From NCBI RefSeq assembly GCF_006345805.1, contig NW_021833427.1, positions 11,018 through 75,017 on the forward strand: 64,000 bases of DNA. Direction: 5' to 3'. How positions within the stretch are numbered: the first letter of the stretch is position 1; each line of letters begins with the position of its first letter. Both the position numbers and the translations under genes were made by a program. The notes beneath the pieces are model-generated. The model was given only the letters and a program-made list of their open reading frames with translations. It was not told the origin of the DNA and did no database searches. This document shows, piece by piece, positions 53,907 through 64,000 of this stretch. This DNA is from Octopus sinensis (taxonomy: Eukaryota).

Positions 53907-54939
53907 CATACATACATACATACATACATACATACATACATACATACTCGCATGTACATACACATATACAAACATACTTACATACATAAATACATACAAA
54001 AATGCATGTACATACATACATATATTCATACACGCATGTACATACATACACACACATGCATACATACATACATGCATGCATACATACATACATACATACA
54101 TACACATACATACATACATACATACATACATACACATACATACATACATACATACATACATACATACACATACATACATATATACACATACATACATACA
54201 TACATATACATACATATACATACGTAACTTAGCGGTTCAGCAAAACAGGCCGATAGAATAAGTACTAGGCTTACAAAAAATGCGTCCTGGGGTTGATTTG
54301 CTCGACTAAAAAGGCGGTGCTCCAGCATGGCCGCAGTCAAATGACTGAAACAAGTAAAAGAGTAAAAGAGAGAGAAACACACACACACACACTGATTCAT
54401 AAGAATGCATTTCCGGCACCTACCGGTTTCCTTGGACATGTTTGAGCACCTTCGTTTTTTTTTGGCGTCGACGACAAGGATTTAGTTGGTCGATCAACTG
54501 AATTCTCTCTCCATTGTATTAACGTAAGTGACTGAGTATTCCACAGACACTTCTACATTAATTCAATGATCCGCGCTGATCGAGCAACGAAAAAACACAT
54601 GATTGCAAATGCTGACGTAGGTTCAGTTCTTCATCGAATTCCGTCGAGGTCGACCTTACCTTTTATTGTTTCGGGGTCAATATGATCGACTTAATCCCAC
54701 TGGCTTCGAAATTGCTGGCCTTGTGCCAAAATTTGAAACCATTGTTATTATTATTATTACAACTATTATTATTATTCCTTCGTAACAAACTCAGTGTAGG
54801 TAAAAATGCACCGGAATTATTATTATTATTAATAGTAGTAGTAGTAGTACTGCTGCTGCTGCTGCTGCTACTACTACTACTACTACTACTATACTACCAC
54901 TACTACTACGACGACGACTAACTACTACTACTACTACTA

Positions 54940-55270
54940 TTTGGTTTTCAATTTTAGGACAAGGTCTGCAAGTTCGTGGAAGCGGGGAAGTCGATTACAT
55001 CGACCCCCAGTACCTAACTGACACTTATTTTATTGACCTTCGAAGGATGAAAGGCAAAGTCGACCTCGGCGGAATTTGAACTCAGGACGTAACGGCAGAC
55101 GAATTACCGCTAAGCATTTCGCCCGGCGTGCTAATGTTTCTGCCAGTTCGCCGCCTTAATAATAATAAACCTTTCTACTGTAGACGTAAGACCTGACATT
55201 TTGAGGAAGGGTCCAAGTCGATTACATCGCCCCTAGTGCTCAACTGGTACTTATTTCATCAACCCCGAAT
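54940..55270 (-). mobile_element. SINE family B copy plus an adjacent 3' fragment
   Basis: Full copy at 54940-55157 and a partial copy at 55170-55270. Confidence 0.8.
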
Positions 55271-55489
55271 AGTTTCCTTGTACAACATTTTACTGACCCC
55301 TTATTGATGATCCCGAAACAACGATAAACGACATATGCCTAAGATACCGGTCCGTGGAATCGAACTTGTAACCTATTCATCATAAACTAAGCTTCCTACA
55401 CACACAGCTACGCCTGCACATATATGAATATATTACATGAGGATACATATGTGTGTGAGTAACTTCTGATGTGTGTGTTTCAGTGTGGC

Positions 55490-55524
<35 letters not shown>

Positions 55525-55667
55525 TGTGAGTGTGTGTATACCTGTGTATCATTGTAAGTGCGTAGTACACGTGTGTGTGTTAAAGCACCTGTATGTATGA
55601 TCAGAACATATAGTGTGTGTGTGTGTGTTGTGTGTGCGTGTGAGTGTGCGTGCGTGCGTGTGTGTGT

Positions 55668-55708
<41 letters not shown>

Positions 55709-57544
55709 CATGCGTGTGTGTTTGGGGGGTTGTTGTGTGCGTGCGTGCGTGTGTGTGTGTGTGCGTGTGTGCGTGCGTGCGTGCGTGGTGTGTGTGTGTG
55801 TGTGTGAGCGTGCTTGCGTGCGTGCGTGCGTGTGTGTGTGTGTGTATGAAACGTCTCCCGTGATTAGCAAGTGACGGGGCCCGAAGTTTGTTCCCCTAAC
55901 TGGAAAGTTGATCAATGGACCAAATAAACTGGAAGGATACCCGATCCGTCACACTTGACTGGATTACTCAGGTATCTCGCCACATACCACCTCCTCCCAC
56001 CTGCTTATTACCTCCTCCTCCTATCTCTCGCCTCAATCTTCTCATACTTCCTCCTACGTCCCCACCCCCCCACCCCACCCCACCTCATGTGGCAAAAAAA
56101 CAAGTAGGTTCCTGTATTTGCCATTTCAGCCATGTCACATTGTTCCACACACACAATGCATACCCACACATATATGCATGTACTCACGCACACTCACACA
56201 CACACACACACACTTCAAGCAATCGGTGGAGTATGAGTGGGGGAGGGTGGCGCTTTTTTATTTTCCTTTACCCGCAGCCTTTAATGGCCATTTTCCCGAA
56301 ACCGATATGGTTAATGCTCCTCTTGAATAACTGCGAGATAACAGCAGCAAAAGAAACATAGACAAGGAGAAAATTTCAGAGGTGGGGGTCCTTAGTATGA
56401 AGGATTGGCTTATAAGGTTCGTGGCAGGATAGACAAAAAGGCAACAAGGCTTGAAGGGAATTTTGCGTTTGGAGTATTTGAATGGTGGGAATTAGAAAAT
56501 GACCTGACCTATAACTTGGAATATACTCAACGAGAAATACTCCTTATTCATTCGGAACGTGTAATTTCCATCTTTGTTCCTCTGAGAAACGGTGCATATT
56601 AACAGAGCCCGTGTGTATATCTTAACAAGAAGACTGAACTGTCATACTACTGTCATCAACAGAGCTCCTTCTGAGTAAATTCGCAGAATTGTTTCAGCGG
56701 GGGATAAAACATCATGCAGAATCTGTTCCGTCTCTCTGGGATTTTGGTCCTAATCCTACTGAGACCATTTGTGCGCTTTTCACGCCTTCGAGATCGATAA
56801 AATAAAGTGGTAGCCCAAGTTGATGGATTGGTGGGTTCGGTGGAGCATCAAACGAAGCCTTGCGATGGATGTTCCGGCTTTTTGTGAGGTGGACCTAATC
56901 CGTCACTCGGGTAAGCACCAATATCCGGCCCTTGCGTTCCTTTAGCAAAGTTTATTCTGTTACAAAAAAAAACAAAAAAACACAGGGCTGAGTCTTCGGT
57001 TTTAGTTAATTCTTCCTGTCTCAGTAGCCTTGAAAACAATTATTATCCCGTGTAAGAGGCTTTCCTCGATGGTTTGGTCATTTCGAGGCAGACATGGGAA
57101 ACGGGGACAAGCAGCTGTTGGATTTACTGTCTCTCTCCCCGCACCTTTCTCTTCTTTTTCTCTCATTTCTCATCTCCCTCTTTCTCTCCCTTACTTCCTT
57201 TCTCCTCCCTGCCCCCTCCACTCTCTCTCTCTCTCTCTCTGTCTTTTTTCTCTCGCATATATCATCTCTTCTCCATCTCTCCCCTTCTTGCCCCCCTCTC
57301 TCTCTCCATCTTTCTTCCACTGCTTATAGAATGGATGTTTTAGCGGGTCGTTGATAGCGATGGCGTAGTGATGATGGAGAAGGTGGAAAATAATATGAGC
57401 AACGTCATCATCATCATCACCGTCATCATCATCATCATCATCACCGTCATCATCATCACCATCACCATCATCATCATCATCATCATCGCCATCATCATCA
57501 TCACCGTCATCATCATCACCATCACCATTATCATCATCATCATC

Positions 57545-57595
<51 letters not shown>

Positions 57596-58297
57596 TTCAT
57601 TATCACCACCATCATCATCATCATTATAATCACCATCATCATTGTCATGATCCCCTCCACGTCAAAGCTTCACCATCATCATCATCATCATCTTCAACGA
57701 CAACAACAACAACATCATCATCATCATCATCATGTTAAACCCATTAAAATAGATAAGAGCTTTGATGATTGAAAACTCGTTGAGAGCCAAACGTGAGAGT
57801 TAAGTCCGTTTTATAGGCTTTTTAAATCTATGGCTTTCTCTTTGTTTCATAGAATGCTGTGGTCGCTTTTGTACAGTGAGAAGTATGTGTGTGTGTGTGT
57901 GTGTGTGTATGTGTGTGCGTGCGTACGTACATACATACATACATACATACATACATACATACATACTTACATGCATACATACATATATACATACATACAT
58001 ACATACATACATACATACGTACATACATACATACATACATTCATACATACATACATACATATATACATACATACATAAATACATACATACATACTTACAT
58101 ACATACATGCATGCCTACATATACACTCTCTGGTACACATACAGACACTCATACACGTACGCATGATTCACTCATACATAGACGCGCAGTCATACACACA
58201 CACGCACATGCATACACGTTCCTTTATGGACGACGATGATGATTTCGACAGTGGTGGTCATATTATTTCCACAAGCGTATCAGAAACAATTTCCCCC

Positions 58298-58925
58298 CTG
58301 GCGAGCTGGTAGAGTCGTTAGAGCATCGAACAAAATGTCTTGCGACATTTGTTCCGTCTATTTACTTCTTTTGTTCAAATTCCGTCTCGGATGACTTTGC
58401 TTTACATCCCATGGGAATCGATATAATAAAATACCATCAAGTGCTGGAGTCGATATTATCAACTAGATCTCTTCACCAGAAATTGCAGGTCTTGTGCTAC
58501 AATCAGAAAGACGGATGAAATTCTTAGTGATATTTCGTCCGTCTTTACGTTCTGAGTTCAAATTCCGCTCAGGTCGAATTTACCTTTTATCCTTTCGGGG
58601 TCGTTAAACTAAGTACCAGTGAAAAACTAGGTCGGTGTAATCAACCAGCCCAATCCCTAAAATTTCAGGCCTTGTGCCTGAATTAGAAAGGATTATTTTA
58701 TAAATGAAGATTGCAAGATGTAAGAAACATCACCACGCCTGACAAAGCGCTTAGCGCTTTTTCATCCGGTTCTTTACGGTCTAAATTCAAATGCTGCCGA
58801 GGTCGGCTTTGCCTTTTATCTTTGGAGGTGGGGAGCGATCAAATAAGTAGCAGTGGATTACAGGGGGCAGCGTAATCGATTTGCCCCTCCCCTCAAAATT
58901 TCCGGCCTAACGTCAAAATTCGGAA
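58298..58925 (+). mobile_element. three diverged tandem SINE family B copies
   Basis: A (g/a)ttcaaat...tt(g/a)c.ttt...atc body occurs three times. Confidence 0.7.
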
Positions 58926-59149
58926 GATGAGTATTTTTCTCATTCATTTGCAATAAAATTATGTAAAAACTAGGTTTTTATTCATTAGAGATAAAGACAA
59001 ACTGTTGAATGACCCGGGGCTGGGAATCACTCTGCTTTTATATCATGCTATTTTCCTTTATATTGGAGATAGAATCACACGTTGACTGGCACTCCATCGG
59101 TTGCGACGATGAGCGTTCCAGTTGATCCGATCAACAAAGCAGCCTTTTC

Positions 59150-59343
59150 CTCTTTTGTTTTACTTGTTTCAGTCATTTGACTGCGGCCATGCTGGAGCAT
59201 CACCTTCAGTAGAACAAATCGAACCCAGAACTTATCATCCTTTGTAAGCTTTGAACTTATTCTAAGTCACGGGGACGTAAACACACCAGCATCGGTTGCC
59301 AAGCGAAGGCTGAGGATAAACACAGATACACACAAAAATACAT

Positions 59344-59441
<98 letters not shown>

Positions 59442-59597
59442 TATATACGACGGATTTCTTTCAGTTTCCGTCCACCAAGTTCCACCCAAGGCTTGGTCAG
59501 CCTGAGGTTATAGTAGAAGAACACTTGCCAAGGTGCTACGCAGTGGGACTGAACCCGGTTGGGAAGCAAGCTACTTACCACACAGCCACTCCTGCCC
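59150..59597 (-). mobile_element. SINE family A (diverged)
   Basis: Reverse complement of the family A consensus with an internal (TA)n. Confidence 0.85.
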
Positions 59598-59632
59598 TAT
59601 GTGTTGTGTGTGTATATTATATATATATATAT

Positions 59633-60174
59633 ATTCCATCGATGGAGTAGTTTCTCCATTGCGCAAGCCTGGCGGTAGAAACGAAGACCTGGGCTGCCCA
59701 GACACCAGAAATCTCCTCTCGGGCCCCCAGACATAATCCAAAGGAATGCAGTGCAGTACGTTTGGAGTCTGGTTGGCTGCAGGTTGCCGGAAAAGGGTCG
59801 AGATTCGACACCCTACCGCCTTCGGGGCTCCACTCCGGATTTTCTGTCTGGTTTTACTCCCATAGCCTTTCCCTCTCCCAAGAGCATCCGCAGGCAGCGG
59901 AGCGAGGGTTTGGAGTCAGAGTTTTCCTTCTCCTAGACTGGCTGTCAACCAAGGCTAACGAGCCCAGTCTGCCCCCCGGGTATACCGCCAAGCACCCGGT
60001 CGCACCACACAGCAGGCTCGTGAGAAACAGGGGGTACCGCGTGAAGGTGCTGCTGTGGACACAGTAGTGCAGGAGAGGCCATTAGCAAGAACTTTCCGCA
60101 AGGCGCATCCAGGTAGAAGTTCTGCACGATCATTACACCTGGAGGAGAGGCTATGAGAGACGCAATCACTTTCC
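59633..60174 (-). mobile_element. GC-rich 5' region of an RTE-like LINE or a non-autonomous derivative
   Basis: Contains GGGCAGACTGGGCTCGTTAGCCTTGGTTGACAGCCAGTCTAGGAGAAGGAAAACTCTGA, which I recall as an RTE-type 5' UTR motif. Bounded by microsatellites, with no RT ORF. Confidence 0.6.
60008..60174 (-). ncRNA. HDV-like (CPEB3-type) ribozyme fold with degenerate P1
   Basis: P2 CACAGCAG/CTGCTGTG, P3 ACC/GGT, L3 TTCACGC, P1' ACCCCCT, GT, minimal P4 and J4/2 CGAG (C at 60020). The candidate P1 5' strand GGAAAGT (60174-60168) has three A-C mismatches. Confidence 0.5.
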
Positions 60175-60301
60175 TATAATGTGTGTGTGTGTATGTGTGT
60201 GGGTGTGTGTGTGTATACTAGCCCAAGGGCCAGCCAGCCACGCAGTAGAACTGAACACGGAACCATCTGGTTGAGAAGCAAAATTATTACTACACAGCCA
60301 C

Positions 60302-60571
60302 GCCTGCTCGTGAAATTAACGTGCAAATGGCTGAGTATTCCACAGATCCGCATAGTCTTAACAAGTTTTAGGTGGGATTCAGGATGTCACAGAGGCGTGA
60401 CAAGGCTGGCCCTTTCGAAATGCAGCTACTACTCATGTTTGCCCAGTTGTGTGTACTGGAGCAACGTGAAACAAAGTGTCTTGCTCAAAGAGACAATGCG
60501 TTGACAGGTATCGAACTCACGACCGAATGATCTTGAACCGAACGATATAACCACTAAAACCACGCTCCTTC
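60302..60571 (-). mobile_element. tRNA-derived SINE family E (CORE-like segment plus family C 3' domain)
   Basis: tRNA head, then tcttgctcaaagagac, then gtgacaaggctggcccttt. A related head fragment lies at about 41310-41428. Confidence 0.7.
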
Positions 60572-60808
60572 ACAACATTCACTCTTTTCTATGAGGTCGA
60601 AGAGCAAGGGGATGAGGTTGTGCCTGTCCCACATCCAATTAGCAATCGTGGCAATGGCACACATGGTGGTGGTAGTGGTGGTGGTGGTAGTGCCAGTGGT
60701 GATGAAGGTAATGGCGGCGGCGATGGCGGCTGGAGGGGTGATGGTCGTGATGGGGCGGTAGTAGTAGTAGTGGCTTGTATATATCTATATATATATATAT
60801 ATTGTATG

Positions 60809-60853
<45 letters not shown>

Positions 60854-61681
60854 TATATTTGTATGTATATATAATAACACTATATTTGCATTGTATATAT
60901 ATACAAATATATATATTTGTATGTATGTTTATCTATAATATATATTATATATATAATATTATATATACGAGCCGGAGATGCCACGCAGTGGTGGTGGTAG
61001 TGTGGTTAGTGTGGTGGTGGTAGTGGTGGTGGTGGTGGTGGTGGTGGTTGTGTGGTGGTGGTGGTGGTGTGGTAGTGGCGGTGGTGGTGCTATAGTGAAG
61101 AAATGGAAATTTCTCAGAGCAATACATCACCTCTCAAGTATTTTCTTCTGAATCCTTCATTTATCTCTTCCTTTCATTCTTGTCTATACACACACACATA
61201 TACATATATATACATATACATATATATACACGCACGTACACACGTACACACACACACACACACACATGAAAGGCCTCTTTCTCTATTCCGCAGTGGAACA
61301 ATCTGTAAAAGGACTCCCGCTCAATGGCGGATGTTGAAAGATTAATAGAAAAATCTCGTCTTCCTTCTCCTTTATTGTCTTTTAATTCTCCAGGTCCTCC
61401 CACCCCGCCACCAGCCCCAGTACCACCCTCACCCCTCACTACTTCTCTCTTCCTCCACCTTCTCCTCCCACTCCCCACCACTCACACACACGCACACACA
61501 CATTAACCTCCCTACCTCCCTCCCTTCCCTCCCGTAGTTTAGACCAATCAATGCTCCGCAATAACAACCACCCCTCCCCCTTATCCCTCCCCTCCCTCCC
61601 TCCCTCCCCCCATCCATCCATATAATCCTTTACAGAAGCTTAACACCTAATTAAATCTTAACTCGTTTTACACACCCTTCA

Positions 61682-61738
61682 AATAATAACAACAACAACA
61701 ACAATAATAATAATAATCATAACAACAATAATAATGAA

Positions 61739-61781
<43 letters not shown>

Positions 61782-61783
61782 TG

Positions 61784-61853
<70 letters not shown>

Positions 61854-62015
61854 TAATAATATAATAATAATATAATAATAATAATAAAGAATAATAATAA
61901 TAATATAATACTGATGATAATAATAATAATGATAACACTAATAAAATGGATAATATAATAATAATAATGATAATAATGATAATAATAATACTAAAATAAT
62001 ATAATAATAATAAAC

Positions 62016-62053
<38 letters not shown>

Positions 62054-62115
62054 TAATAATAATAACATAATATTACCAATAATAATAATATAATAATAAA
62101 ATAATAATGATAATA

Positions 62116-62146
<31 letters not shown>

Positions 62147-62313
62147 AATAATAATAATAACAATAACTAATAATAATAATAATAATAATAATAATGCTAA
62201 TAATACTAATAATAATAACAATAATTATAACAATAATAATAAATAATACTAATAATGCTAATAATAATAATATAATAATTAATAATAATATAATAATGAT
62301 AATAATAATAATA

Positions 62314-62349
<36 letters not shown>

Positions 62350-62459
62350 TAATAATCTTCTTGCAAGAATGTTGCTGATGTTCTTACTGCTTTCTTGCTG
62401 ATGCCGTGGTCTTACCGTTATTGTTATCATTATTATTATTATTATTAATATTATTATTA

Positions 62460-62517
<58 letters not shown>

Positions 62518-62530
62518 CATTGTTGTTATT
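61682..62530. repeat. (AAT)n tract followed by an inverted (ATT)n tract
   Basis: Direct reading. Confidence 0.9.
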
Positions 62531-63189
62531 GTTGTTATGAAACCTTCTTTATCGTTGTTCTTGTAATCGTTGATGTCTTTGTTTTTGCCGTTGTTGTGGT
62601 TACTGCCGCTGTTGTTCATAACGATGATGATGCTGATGGCGGTGATGATGATGATGTTGGTCACATTGTTGTTAATTTATTGTTGCCGCTGCTGTTGTTG
62701 TTGGTTGTTGCCGTTTAGTTATTGCTTCGTTCTCATTGTTCTCCACTTCTCAACATTTCATTTCACCTTCATCGCTCGTCGGATGAAAGGAAAAGAAGGA
62801 GTTTAAAAAAAACAAAAAACAGAAGAAACTCAAGAGAATCACGTGACTCTCTCTATAAGTGCGTGTGTGTGTTTTTACACGCATACATACACATACACAC
62901 AACACACACAAACGTATACATACATACACACACACGTTTCTGTGTGTGTGTATTTTATATAAAAAAAAAGGAAACGACTGTGTTTTGACTAAAGTTGTTC
63001 TTTTTCTTTTCTATCAAAGCTTCGTTTTCTTTGTTGTTCTTTTATGTTTAGTTCAAAACAATGGCGTCGTTAAACCCATTAAAAGTTCAAGAATCTAATG
63101 GATTTAGGAACGAAACGCACGCACACATGTACCTCTACGTTTATACATACACCGACGCACACACACACCTACGCACACACACACATGTA

Positions 63190-63598
63190 TAGGCGCAGCA
63201 GTGGGTGTTTGGTAAGTAGCTTGCTTCCCGACCATGGTTCTGGGTTCAGTTCCACTGCGTGGCACCTTGGGCAAGTGTCTTCTACTATAGCCTCGGGCCG
63301 ACCAAAGCCTTCTGAGCGGATTTAGTAGACGTAACTGAAAGAAGCCCGTCGTATATATGCGGCGAGCTGGCAGAAACGTGAGCACGCCGGGCGAAATGCG
63401 TAGCCGTATTTCGTCTGCCGTTACGTTCTGAGTTCAAATTCCGCCGAGGTCGACTTTGCCTTTTATCCTTTCGGGGTCGATAAATTAAGTACCAGTTACG
63501 CTCTGGGGTCGATATAATCGACTTAATCCGTTTGTCTGTCCTTGTTTGTCCTCTCTATGTTTAGCCCCTTGTGGGTAATAAAGAAATATACATGCATG

Positions 63599-63669
<71 letters not shown>

Positions 63670-63870
63670 ACGTGTCTGTGTTTGTTCCCCAACATTGTAT
63701 GACAACCGATGCTGGTGTGTTTATGTCCCCGTAACTTAGCGGTTCGGCAAAAGCGATCGATAGAATAAGTACTAGGCTTACAAAGAATAAGTCCCTGGGT
63801 CGATTTTCTCGACTGAAGGCGGTGCTCCAGCATGGTCGCAGTCAAATGACTGAAACAAATAAAAGAATGA
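63190..63870 (+). mobile_element. SINE family A with a SINE family B (63360-63588) nested in its internal microsatellite
   Basis: Family A head at 63190-63355, a full family B copy, a (TA)(TG) tract and the family A 3' half at 63670-63870. Confidence 0.9.
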
Positions 63871-64000
63871 AGGAAGACTTATATATCAAAATTAACCGAA
63901 AGACATACTAGGTATGTCTACCTGCTGGAAACAACAGTCAAAACGCTATTTTTAAATCGCCAAAAGAACACTGATATAACTACAGAAATCACCGTCGAAG

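Overview
Animal, non-coding DNA. I found no convincing host protein-coding exon, rRNA, true tRNA gene or CRISPR array. Most of the window is microsatellite ((AC)n, (AT)n, (ATAC)n, (AG)n, (AAT)n, (GGT)n, (TTG)n), and these repeats produce almost all of the six-frame ORFs. The rest is mostly retroelements: several tRNA-derived SINE families (A, B, C, E are my working labels), RTE-clade and restriction-like-endonuclease (R4/Dong-type) LINE remnants, Penelope-like terminal fragments and two probable solo LTRs. The repeat repertoire suggests an octopus or other coleoid cephalopod intergenic or intronic region, but that is inference from recalled repeats, not a search result. The strongest signals are self-cleaving-ribozyme motifs tied to retroelements: a tRNA-headed SINE carrying a degenerate hammerhead (14318-14623), a near-intact minimal hammerhead (3251-3310) and a CPEB3/HDV-like fold at the 5' end of an RTE-like element (60008-60174). 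Also notable are a SINE with five tandem Pol III heads, head-to-tail SINE multimers, two LTRs apparently inserted at the same site of a host repeat, and an unexplained structured ~200-bp duplication. Repeat boundaries were read by eye and are approximate.
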